A stretch of 64,000 bases of DNA from Utricularia gibba. Taxonomy: Eukaryota; Plantae; Magnoliophyta. The notes beneath the pieces are model-generated. The model made no database searches, was not told the DNA's origin, and saw only the letters and a program-made list of their open reading frames with translations. This document shows positions 51,935-64,000 of the stretch, piece by piece (the first letter of the stretch is position 1; every line of letters begins with the position of its first letter). The stretch covers positions 1,426,001 through 1,490,000 of the forward strand of contig CM007989.1 of the NCBI GenBank assembly GCA_002189035.1, in the 5' to 3' direction. Position numbers and translations under genes: made by a program.

Positions 51935-53514
51935 ATGGCCACCACTTCCCTCAAACCCACTACCATCTTCTGCTTGCCGGAAGTAGAGAGCTTTCGCGGC
52001 GTCACGCCCGGAAAATTATACTTGAAGTCCTCCAATTCATCGCGTATTTCATTCGTTTCTAGAAAATTTGATGTGAAGTGTAGGGTTCCTCCCACGAGTT
52101 ACAAGAAGAGCGCTGTTAATTTATCGAGTCGGTCGATTCCAAAGTTTCTGGTGTGGGCTGTTGACGGAGAAACCGTGGAGGCACAAACTGAGACGCAGGA
52201 AAGTTCCCCTATTCCAGAAACGGAAAACGGCGCCGAAGCTGAGGTTTTTTTTTTTTTTTCTTTCTCTCGCTGTTTGCTGTTGTTTTTCTTGATATAGTTG
52301 CAGTAGCTTCCCTCCCCAAGCGCGTTACTGTGAAAATTCAATCCTTTTTCTGTTCTGTTGACGACTTGTGCGTGGATATAGGTGGAGAACTCAGATGGTG
52401 GAGATGCTTCTGATGAGGTTAATGCCACAGAGGCTCAGAAACAAGTCTCATCAGTAGTATTGGATTCTCTGCTACTGTACAAGGAGGCTTTAGCTATCAA
52501 TGACATATCAAAAGCTGCTGAAATAGAATCCTTTTTAAAAGTTATTGAAGATGACAAAATTGAGCTCGAGAGGAAGGTGGTCTCGTTAACTGAGGAGCTA
52601 TCCTTGGAGAAGGATCGTATTCTTAGGATAAGTGCGGACTTCGACAATTTTCGAAAGAGAGCTGAGAGGGAACGACTCTCGGTGGCAAGTAATGCACAAG
52701 GAGAGGTTTTAGAGAAACTGTTGCAAGTTCTGGATAACTTTGAGCGAGCCAAAGCACAGGTTAAAATCGAAACTGAAGCAGAGGAGAAGATCAGTGCCAG
52801 TTATCAAAGCATATACAAGCAGTTCGTTGAGATTCTTGGATCCCTTGGAGTCGTTGCTGTAGAGACAGTGGGAAAGCCATTTGATCCCATGGTGAGTTGA
52901 CCCTTAGTTTCCCAACTTTCCCTTTCTGGTGATTGAAATGCATAAGACATCATGAATCATAGCTCATTGCCCTTAGTATGCATATGCATTCACTTTATCC
53001 ACACTGGCTGCATGCAGGCGAACTCAAGAGTTGGCTTCGGTCGAGTGAAAGATGAAATCTTTGCGAAGTTGTATAAATTATATTCAGCTTTTATGAAGGG
53101 TGTATTAAGCCTTTAGTTTAAGCTCGCTCTTTACTGACTTAAGCCAACTCATTGAGTTTGCTACATTCTTAATCAGATCAAGAAGCCAATGTAAACTGTG
53201 TCCTATGTAGAATGAACCAAAAGATGTTGCACCCGTTTTGTTCTTGAACATCATTTCTGACATTAACCTCTTCTGTTTGTCCAAAGCTACATGAAGCTAT
53301 AATGCGGGAAGACTCAACAGAGTATGATGATGGAATCATCATTCAAGAATTCAGGAAAGGCTTCCAGCTCGGTGACAGGCTTCTGCGGCCTTCAATGGTG
53401 AAGGTGTCCGCCGGCCCTGGACCAGAAAAATCCAGTACGACGGAGCAAGAAAATGTTGAAGCCGGTGAAACCAATGAGGAGGTTACCTCTGAAACTCCCG
53501 CCACTGATGCATGA
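51935..53514 (+). CDS. GrpE: Chloroplast GrpE nucleotide-exchange factor (CGE)
   Basis: Exons 51935-52243, 52382-52891, 53287-53514. Ser/Thr-rich transit peptide, RILRISADFDNFRKR, FDPMLHEAIMREDS, GDRLLRPSMVKVS. Confidence 0.93.
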
Positions 53515-54005
53515 ATAATTGAGTCAATTTTGTGCTGAGAAGTGTAGAAGTTTCTCGTTAGAAACATAGCTGTGGGCATTCTTTGAGCTTTCAGCATTGG
53601 ATTCCTTTCTTTTCAGTCATGAAACAAAAGCTCAAACTGGAAAAAATGGCTGATCACATCTTGGAAATTGAATGTTTTATCTGCTTATTGGAGGAGGATC
53701 ATCTGCAGGTTTATTTCTTTGCATCCAACTTTATAATTTTTTGGGAAGTAGTTTGATTTCCTTTTCGTTTGGATATTAGAAAAATAATGGTATCCTTTCC
53801 AGATTCATTACATTATTGTTGCTCTAATTTTGTTTAAAACTTTATGATAGTATGGTCTTATAATGCTGGTTGGTATAACTTCTGCCAAGCATGAATTTAG
53901 CTACGAGTCCAAAAAAAAAAATGCTTTATTTGTTGGATAAAACAAGTAAATCAAATTGCCGAATGTAGTTGTGTATGGCTGGTGCGCAATAAAAAGGCTT
54001 TCTGG

Positions 54006-54077
54006 GGGGCATTCCAAGAATCGAACTCGGGACCTCTCGCACCCGAAGCGAGAATCATACCACTAGACCAAATGCCC
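54006..54077 (-). tRNA. trnP-CGG: tRNA-Pro (anticodon CGG)
   Basis: Minus strand GGGCATTTGGTCTAGTGGTATGATTCTCGCTTCGGGTGCGAGAGGTCCCGAGTTCGATTCTTGGAATGCCCC folds as a cloverleaf with one G-U pair in the T stem. A TTTTT Pol III terminator lies about 12 nt downstream. Confidence 0.96.
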
Positions 54078-54205
54078 ATTCAGGCCTGCATTGTTTTATC
54101 ATTGATATTTCTTGGAAACATAATTTAACTAGAATTCACATACATTCTAGCAAACATCTGATACATTTGTATTTTGTTCATCATTCAGCACAAGTATCTA
54201 GTTTT

Positions 54206-55453
54206 CTAATAGCAGTTTGTCTCATAGCTTGCAAGTCCTTGAAGTTCTGGACCTTCGAGCCGGGGGTTGTTTTCAAAGCTGGAAATTGGCATTGTAAGCA
54301 TCATCAGAAAACAAAAGTCCTGGGACGCAGTGGACAGCAAAAAGAAGAGCGTAGGATCGTACTTGCTCAAGGAATATGCTCGAAGGATCCAGTAGTTGGT
54401 ATTGTGCCACAGATATTGTTATTCGAGATATCTCTGCAAAACATAGTAATGAGTGATGAGATACTAGCTGCATCCATGAGAGAAGAAGAACTAGCCATAC
54501 AGATGATTTGTACTTACAAAACTTTCAGGCTTGAGATGGTAGCAAGTTCCCTTGGGATTGGTCCAGTTAGCTGATTATCGTTAACACGTCTGTCCAAGTG
54601 AAGAAACAGTTAATACTTCAACGTAAAAAAGCACTAGCGGATGAATGAAAGACAACAGATATCACACTGAAGACTTACAGAAATACTAGAGATTTCAGGT
54701 TTCCCAGAGAAGAGGGTATCTTCCCTGAGATGTTGTTGTTATAGAGATCCAAACTAATTAGGCTCTTCAAATTCCCAAGCTCCGCAGGAATTGAACCTTG
54801 AATGTTATTTTTGTAAAGTTCACTGCAAAAGAGCCATGCCAGAAGTCAAATTGTGGCTACTATATCACACGCCCAACCCCAAACTATCCGAAAAAACAGG
54901 CCAGGAACAATAGGGAACACCAACTCTAATTCGGTCAAGGATACAGATAAAACGAGGTTTCTGAAACTTACAGATACTGAAGATGCTCAAGCTTTCCAAG
55001 CTCAGGGACTAGATGACCAGACAAGTTTGAGTTCCCAAGGTCCCTATTGACAAAACATTTGAAGTTTCGTAATCTATAACACAATCTCCAGAAAAACACA
55101 TGAATCCATTCCACCGACTATTAGACAAGAATGCAGAAAGATAACACACATCTACCACAAGAACATCACAGCGAAAGAAACCCAGCAACAAAAACATAGA
55201 ATAACAATAATTCACGAACGAAAACAGAAACATACACGCGAGTGACACGATTGTGTTGGTTGCAGGTAACATGGAACCAGGTACAGGGAGACACTAGATT
55301 CGGATCCCAGCTCTCAAGCACCTTATCCGGATCGGACAAGCTCTGCCGGAACGCGTAGAGTGCGTCTCCCTCCGAATTCGCAAGACCCTTGGGCAGCGTA
55401 GAGACGACACTGGTTAGGGCAAGAATCAGGATGAAATCTCTAAACCCCATCAT
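54206..55453 (-). CDS. LRR1: Secreted SERK-like leucine-rich repeat protein (LRR1-like, no kinase domain); one apparent -1 frameshift
   Basis: Exons 55453-55236, 55043-54972, 54822-54679, 54589-54518, 54433-54363 (71 nt, expected 72), 54278-54206. Signal peptide, [17 protein letters not shown]...[21 protein letters not shown] exons of 72/144 nt, [12 protein letters not shown] end. Confidence 0.9.
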
Positions 55454-55846
55454 CGCTAGCTTGCTTTTTGGATCCCGGCTTCTTATTTTCCGCCTTCAAG
55501 AAAAAAAAAATTCCTTTTTTCTTCTTCCCGGCGACAGCGTTTTTTGACTGCGTCGCTCGTCGTCTTCTACTTCGCCTTTTCCTGGTCTGAAGAATCCGGA
55601 GAACTGCCAACAGTAATTAGTCATGATTGCTTCAGTTTTGTTGAAGGGAATCAACTACTTGAAGTTACGTAAATACCCTTTGACGGACTCCAATGGGCAA
55701 TCGAATGTTTCTTTTGACCCTTGTCCCCTCCATAGGCAGTTTAGGTATTTACAAACTAAGATGACTGTTTTTAAAATGGTATATATTTATTGTTTATTAA
55801 TTTCCTTCAGCTTTCTATCGCGTAGATCTTCAGGTGACGAAAAAAA

Positions 55847-56792
<946 letters not shown>

Positions 56793-57174
56793 AGGACCCC
56801 CTCCTCCCACATCGAGTTCTTGATTCCGAAGCAATTCCGGCAACAGACTTGGTTAAGCTGCTTCTAGTAGCCTTTGTTATGGCGTCATTTTTCTCTTTCT
56901 GAGTCCGCTAGTTTTCGAAGTAAACGTCATGGACATGAACTAAACCTCTTCCCTGGCAGAATCCACTTCTATGATTCTAGAACCCACCAACCCCTCTTAC
57001 AAAGAGATCGGACTGCACCCTTGTTTCTCAGAATAGGACTGGTTTTACGGTGACGGATCCATATCCAAAGGAGTAGGGAACGAATCCGGTCAGACCATAC
57101 CATCGTGATGGGTGTGACATGAAGATGAAACATCAGAAAGAATAGCATAGAAAATGCTCAAGTCTTCACCAGGA

Positions 57175-57256
57175 ATGGTGGCAAAGTAGACGTTGGCGGA
57201 GGCGACCAAATCAACTATGAAGAGTTCGCTCCTAAGCTGAGAGATGGTGGCAAAGT
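57175..57256 (+). pseudogene. Degenerate fragment of calmodulin EF-hand 4 / C-terminus
   Basis: gtagacgttggcggaggcgaccaaatcaactatgaagagttcg resembles CaM gcagacgtggacggcgatggacaaatcaactacgaagagtttg. Bracketed by the 13-bp direct repeat atggtggcaaagt (57175-57187, 57244-57256). No in-frame ATG. Confidence 0.65.
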
Positions 57257-57621
57257 GGAGCGTAAGAAAAGAGCTCTGCTGCTGGTACTGTTGATTATTT
57301 TGCTTGGTTTCTAGTGATGGTTGTGAGCTCTGCCTTCTCGTTATACTACTGTCACTCGTGCATGATTGGTGTAGCATGCTACTTCGTTCCCGAGTACAAC
57401 AGAAAACAGAATCAGAATACCTAGGCGAAGATTTTCAATCCCACAGACGCAGAACAAGGCAGGGATAGAAAAAGGTTCTTACAGGCAACACACATGAAAA
57501 CCTAGTACCAAGTGTCTGTCATACCATGTGGTATGTGCCGTGCTGGGTCGTTTACATGATGGTATTGCAAAAGAAAGTTGCTGTAATGAAAATGATGCGC
57601 AATTCGGAATAATCAAAATGC

Positions 57622-59296
57622 CTAATCTGCATCCATTTCTTCCAGTGCTGCTTTGGCCGCTTCCTTGGCTTCCTCTAGGAGATCATCAGGTACCTGTTAC
57701 ACGAGTAAGATGTCGCCCATCATCAAATTTAGAACACGTCAGGGATAATTCTTATAGTTCAATAGGGACCATCTTTTTTCCCCTAAGAAAAACCAGATGA
57801 AAGATCTGACTTAAAATCAGAAGGTTAATGCTGTTGGATATGCAGTTACTTTACCTTCTGATGCTGACGGTTAGACTCATCACACACCCAACTCAGTTCC
57901 AACTCAAAAGCCTTATCCTTGGCCTCATCATGTACCCCATATATACTGCAGATTGAAAGGTTATTCGTGGAGATGAAGGCAAAGCACTTGGGTTGAGCGT
58001 GAACACACAACAGATACACCGAATGCTAAATGGAATGGAAGGGACATGAAAGCACTTCATGAAGCTCACATTTTAGCTACTTCAATAACCCCTTGTCGGC
58101 ATGTCATTTCTGAAAGCTTTAACTTCTCGATCTCCCTGGCACAGCACACGAAAGCAATAAGATCAGTAAAGCAACATTATGTTTTGCAAATTGGAAAAGT
58201 TGCAACCGCTTTTGGAAATTGATCAGTGTACACATAGCACTCTGCAGTTTTTTTAAACAAAAGGTACTAACGTTTTGGCAGCTTGTCTACCCTTCCCCAT
58301 GGCAGCACCAAAGTACCTCTGGCAAGTGAGAATTAACACAAGAAAAACCAAAAGCCATCAGCTATGAATAAAGAACAAGACGTGGAGTTACAAGTGACAA
58401 ATTTTCAAATAAATATGCTGCCTCGAAATATTTTGATGTAGAAAGCAGGAAGTCATAACCGTAACATAAACTCACATAAGAAACTCCGGATGGCTCAATC
58501 ATGTATAACTGTGGGCCATCTCTATCGTAACCTCCCAAAATGACTCCACAACCAAAAGGCCTGCACCAAAAATAACGAGCCTAAGAACCCTACAAAATCT
58601 TCAACTAGAAAGATGTACCGTCTATTGATTCACACCGGAGCCACCAATAGAGTGTGCATAAATGCACATAACTAGCAACACGTTCAGCAAGCTCCTTCAC
58701 AGGAATTGGTTCACCATATGCGCTGCAAATGAGATTTATAAGTATACAGGAACTTCCGCAGCATCTTGCTTTAGGGTAAATATTAGCTGGTGATATAAAA
58801 AAATAGAGGAAAAACAGACTCAAAGATAAAACCTTTCGTAATTAGTCGCCTCAGCTTTTGCTCTTGCAACAATCTGCCTACCATCAGCAGCCAAACCAGC
58901 AACCGCCTACAAAGGCAAACAAATTCCAGATAAAATACCCAATTCAGAATACTTAAGAACACCCCCCCCCCCCCAAAGTTACCATGCCGGAGTGACGATG
59001 GACGGCGTGGATTCGTCGATTGGAGCCAGGCAGCATCATCTTCGATGCTATCAATTTCTCCACTCCCTACAACACAAGCCAGAAGAACATTACCCAAATT
59101 GAAAAACCCTAATTAAAACTCAACCGCGAGAACCCAATCTAAATCCACTCGCCATAACCACGCCGTCCTTGCATCGTATTGCAACGACCGTTCCACTATT
59201 GTCCACCGCCTTCGCCGCATACTCGATCTGAAAAACTCGTCCATCCGGCGAAAATGTGGTCACCGAGAGATCGTAGCCCGTACCGATGCTGCTCAT
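57622..59296 (-). CDS. PAG1: 20S proteasome subunit alpha type-3 (alpha7)
   Basis: Nine exons (59296-59153, 59066-58983, 58906-58833, 58722-58636, 58560-58476, 58318-58272, 58135-58070, 57945-57855, 57693-57622) total 750 nt = 249 aa. [31 protein letters not shown]...LEEMDAD. First intron is GC-AG. Confidence 0.95.
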
Positions 59297-60046
59297 TCTC
59301 TCAATTCCTTTCCTTCTCCTTGAACCCGGAGTTCAACAAAGGCCGACGGTGGGTTTCTCTTTTCTAGCCCACGTTTCTTTTCTAGCAAGAGATCAATGAA
59401 TAAATCGAAAATTACCGAAAACGCCCTCAGCCAAAACAACCTACACAGCGTTTATTAATTACAAACCACACCCTCATTTCATAACAAATAACAATTTTCA
59501 CCCCACTTGCTCATGATGCTTTTTCATTGTTTTCAAAAGATTTGAACTTGATGCTACTGTAAAAATGAAACTGCAAATGACACTACTCCACAATACTCCA
59601 AAACAACTTGTTAAGTAGCCTGATTTCAGCAAATGAACAATACTCCACAATGCCACACAGTTTTACCCTGAATCCTCATCACAGATTTCAGCAGACCTTA
59701 TGCAGAGCTACATGAATCAGATGATGTTCCGCAAGTTCAGACACTACAGTTTGAATGACAGTTAACTGCTACAGAGCAAGCACGCGTGGGAGCGAGAGTT
59801 AACACGAAGTCGCAAGAGTAATCAGGTGCTCTTATGCTTCTGTTACCTGACATGAGGAGTTAACAGATTTTCATCAGTAGTTCTGGACATGCATACGGTA
59901 AAGCAGGATGGGTGCTTCAAAAACCATGCTGTTCAAGTGTGCGCCTCTGTTTTGTTCCCATAAGGCGATGATGACTCTGTTCCGCGATGGAAGGAGAGGG
60001 CTCACTGACCTTTACAGCTTTTCATCTCATTTTCACCCTTTTGCTA

Positions 60047-62122
60047 TCACTGGAAATACCCTCTGCACTTGGCAGAACCACACAGGCATCGCTTCCTTGC
60101 ATTGCCTGGTTTATACGCTGGAGTGCTTCCGTAAGCGTATGTCAGCTCCTGCATTGGGGGATGTGGCCAATGGCAAAGAAAGCAACATGAAAATGTGATT
60201 CATGGTTACTCTCACGTAAAACTGGCTGCCAGAACACGTTCGGGGAGCAGCTGTGGTTCATGAACCTTGAGACATTTCCTGTATCCTTAGCACTTATGGC
60301 AAGTGGAAAGGGGCCTTTTCAGCTCCAGAGGAATCATCGCGAGGAGCTAAAGATTCATAGGTGCGTGAAGAGTCAAAGATGTAGTCGTCATTGCCGTTCC
60401 CAACATCACTTCGGTTTACGATATCCCCAACATACTCACAGATGAAACCACCAGCACGAATGGGGTCCCATGACCTGAGGCCCCAACCCCGATTTTTTGT
60501 CTTAAAAACTTCAAGTTGAACACTCAAGCCTGCCTGAGACATACGACTCCGGCAGTTTGGGGGCACGAACAAGAATCAACACACTCAAATATCAAGTTTT
60601 TGCTTGTGGAAAGAACTCCAAGAGATGAGTATGGAAAAAATCCATCATTTTTCAGAATGCAAGGGCAGTTAGTATCACCTTGTTGACATCCACCGACGCA
60701 CTGACATCCCAAAGAAGGTTTCGATGTGGAGAAAGGTTTGCCGTACTTGGGACATCGGGTGTACGTGAAATGTGCAGGGCCTTTTTCACGATCCACATTA
60801 TTCACAAGAGCAACCGGTAGAGTCTCGGCACCTGATGTCAGATCAGGAAAAATCATACCAGGTCGTGAAACCGAGCCATCTTTCCAATGCCGTATTGATT
60901 TCCACAATGGAAAAGCCCCTGGGTGTCCAGGTACTCTAACAAGCTTGTACTTGAAAACGTTGAAACCAGCAGCATTTTTCTCTGTCCATGATTGCTGAAT
61001 TTTGTATAAGCCATCATAAATATAAATCTTACTGTTTGGAGTAGCAGGATCCTTTACACCCCTTATCACTCGCACATTGTTTCCACGGTGCAGGCTCTTT
61101 TCGAGCGCAAGATTTCCCCTTTCAAGCTTCTGATCAGCCACAACTCCACTTCCCTTTGCACCTCCCTGACCAGTGTAAATTAGCACATCTCCATCATCAC
61201 CACCATCATCATACCCTCCAGAAGAAACAATGCTGACTGCAATAGGTTCTTCATCCATGGTGATTTTCATACTCATATAATCTATGCCAGCCATGCTTGG
61301 AGCATGAAGCCCGACAATGCAAAGCTCCATCCTGAAAAAGAATATGTCACCAATTTCGATTCCAGGTACATGTCCAATCCTTTTTGTGCTATTTGTCCTT
61401 GGACCTTTTGACATCAAAATATTACCAGTTTTGAGGTCTGCACGTTTAGCTAGAGAAATTTCATTGATCTCTTCAAGTTGCCCCAACCTTCTCCGTATCA
61501 AATCAAAGACCAGGAGTAAACTTGCAACCGTCTCCTTGTCTCCGTTTGCTCTTCTGAAGTCATCAATGAGATCAAGTTTGAAGGAAGACAAGTAACCATT
61601 GACTAGTGAATCCGTATCATACTCCTTACTTTTTAAAGCTATCTTCCTTGGTCGCCCCCTTCGCTTCCCTGAACTACTTGCAATATTTGCAGTGAACCCA
61701 CTCGCATATTGATCATCCTGATTCAAAGATTCACTATATCCATCTCCCTCCATGGATTCAGTTCCTGATGCCTGCCTTTTCGATGCCCTCTCACTGCGAC
61801 GCGTACTGCCATTTTCTTGTGGTGTTGGGGTTCTAAATGAGTTCAAGGGAACAGGAGCTGGTATATTTTCATGAATGTCAAAATTATTGGGTTGATTTTG
61901 GCTCTGGGAGACTCCATTTGGACCGATAAACGGGTAAAACGGCTGGACACCAGATGGAAAAGGGCCAGTAGGAGCAACGCAAACAAATGGTGTTGGCTGA
62001 GGTGTTGAGACTGAAGACAAGCCTGGAGGATTTGGGAAAACTGGGACAAGACACCTCAACGGTTTTACCTCCAGAACCCTAGATTTATCAATTGATCCAT
62101 TGGAACTCCGAGCTTGCTCCAT
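60047..62122 (-). CDS. SUVH1: Histone H3K9 methyltransferase family SUVH1/SUVH3-like (SRA-YDG, pre-SET, SET, post-SET); three apparent -1 frameshifts
   Basis: Intronless [13 protein letters not shown]-hook-like motif, SRA ([17 protein letters not shown]), pre-SET cysteines, [34 protein letters not shown]. Frame breaks at 60559-60563, 60305-60309, 60156-60160. Probable 5' UTR intron 62579-62145. Confidence 0.92.
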
Positions 62123-62773
62123 TTGATAAATAACACGAAACAAACTAACAGAGGAGCAGCAAACCTTCTGTCAATGAAGAGAATTGCTTCAAGAATTCGT
62201 CTCAAGGGAATCTTCTAACGACATTCAACCCCACAAGGAACAAAATGAAACAGACCACATGTCCTTGAAACGCCAGAAAAAATTGAATCTTTCAACGATA
62301 AACAGCAAATTACGGGTTTTGCTCAAGACCCACAAAATAAAAAGCTAAATGATAGAGGTGAAACAGAAACACCCAGACAACTAAACTGAAATAAATGAAG
62401 AATTACAGCTGAAATTAACATAAAAAATCGAATCTTTTTACTCCAACATGCGCAAAACTTTTTCAGATTTCCGATGATCAAGAACAGAGTGAAAACCGAA
62501 CGTGAAGCACAAATCGGAGGGCTGGCTCCGAAGTGAAGAAACAAAACGCAGAACGAAGAGTAAAAATCGAAACCCTTACATTGGTTTTGCCCCAGGAAAG
62601 CTTCGATGTGAAATTTCATGGTAAATTATCCCACCAGTTGCATTAATTTCTCACTTTAATTTTTACCTTTTTAATCAATGTTTTCAGTTAAATAACATTC
62701 ACAGTGGTTCTTGGGGTTCTTTGCCGTTAGTTAATTCTTCTGGCCACAGTTCGAATTCAGTTTCTCCGACGAG

Positions 62774-64000
62774 ATGAGAATCTTGCAGAGGCTCGGCGGC
62801 TTCCATCTTCCCGGCGGCCCATTTACCGCCACCATCCAGATTCGTTTCAAGAAACCCGCGAACACTGCCCAGACCCGTCTCGAAACCCGAACTCACGACC
62901 CAAAACTCGATTTGCTAGCCTTCCACCGCCGCCGACTCGCCCTAATCCTCAGCCTATACAACCTAATCCGCGACAAGAAACGCGGCCCTTTCATCTCCTT
63001 ACAGCTTCTGTCGCGATGGGCACCATACGCCGGCATCAAAAGCCTCTCCGGCGGCAAATTTGTTCGAAAATACCCACATGTATTCGAAGTTTTCACGCAT
63101 GCTATTCGAAGGAATCTCTGTTGCAGATTCACGAAGAAGTTCGTGGACCTAATCAATCTAGAAGAGCAAGTTCCATACAAAATGGAGGAAGCCAATGTGA
63201 TTAAAATCAGAAAGATTCTATCTTTGTCCGTGAATGGAACAATCCATGTGCACGCCATCAGATTGATCAGACGCGAACTCGGCTTGCCGGAAGACTTCGT
63301 AGATTCCATCATCCGAAAACACTCCAAATTCTTCAGATTCGTTGATACCGAGATAATCGAATTACTCGGCGCCAGTGAGGATGCCACTGATGGACAAGCA
63401 GCAGCCTTTACAGCTGAAGTTGAAAAATGGAGGGAGAAGGAGTACACAGACAAATGGCTAAGCGAATACGAAACAAAGTATGCGTTTCCAATCAACTTCC
63501 CGACGGGTTTCCGAATAGTTCCGGGATTCAGGGAGAAGCTGAGGAACTGGCAGCGGCTTCAATGCGTGAAGCCATACGAGAGAATCCACAAGGTCACGCC
63601 TCAATCATGCGGAGGGGTAGAAAGGTACGAGAAACGGGCAGTCGGAATTATTCACGAGCTACTTTGTCTCACAGTGGAGAAGGTGATAGAGGTGGAAAGA
63701 ATGGCACATTTCAGAAAGGATCTCGGTTTCCAGCAGGTCAACGTTCGCGAGCTTTTTCTTAAGCATCCAGGGATTTTCTACTTATCTCAGAGGGCAATAC
63801 CCTGTACGTCTTTCTAAGAGAAGCTTACCGGAAGGGATCCTTGGTGGAACCTGATGAGATCTACCAAGTTCGCAAGGAAATGCTCGAGCTGGTTTTGCTG
63901 GGCCGCCGTTGCACGAAACTGTTGGGGGCTCCAGAGGAATCCAGAGACGATGAAGAGGAAGAGGAAGAGGAAGCCGGAGATGACGAAGTTGAAGGATGTA
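62774..64000 (+). CDS. PORR-domain organellar RNA-binding protein (WTF1-like), truncated by window end; one apparent -1 frameshift
   Basis: KYPHVFEVF, LIRRELGLPEDF, EKRAVGIIHELLCLTVEK, FLKHPGIFYLS. Reading G3 at 63792-63794 as G4 continues with GNTLYVFLREAYRKGSLVEPDEIY and an acidic tail to the window edge. Confidence 0.9.

Noticed and set aside
56935-56957. miR408-like sequence (cctcttccctggc) in the CaM 3' region
   Set aside because: Only the 3' 13 nt match, the 5' part has an insertion and mismatches, and no complementary star arm is nearby.

Overview
Eukaryotic (land-plant, eudicot) nuclear DNA; no prokaryotic features or CRISPR arrays. I reconstructed 23 protein-coding genes by reading exons and splice sites by eye: COL5-like, MYB36-like, DUF761, BCS1-type AAA-ATPase, syntaxin-6-N protein, XRCC3, RPA32, VIN3/VIL2-like, TMEM230, ATL RING-H2, villin, SKIP24, MYB60-like, DnaJ-type Cys-rich protein, choline-transporter-like, PQ-loop transporter, tropinone reductase-like, chloroplast GrpE, LRR1-like, calmodulin, PAG1, SUVH1/3-like and a PORR/WTF1-like gene running off the right end. 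There is also one tRNA-Pro(CGG) and two decayed duplicate fragments (tropinone reductase, calmodulin). Density (about one gene per 2.8 kb), mostly 70-110 nt introns and very short spacers suggest a miniature genome such as Lentibulariaceae (inference). In the right half, six conserved genes carry nine single-base deletions in short homopolymers (a tenth is probable), most likely long-read assembly errors rather than biology. Best biological leads: a calmodulin that seems to have lost the splice donor for a CaaX-tailed isoform, an LRR gene whose 3' UTR may run into a same-strand tRNA, an E2F/site-II bidirectional XRCC3-RPA32 promoter, and a reductase whose upstream region is a decayed copy of itself. 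I found no clearly new biological system.
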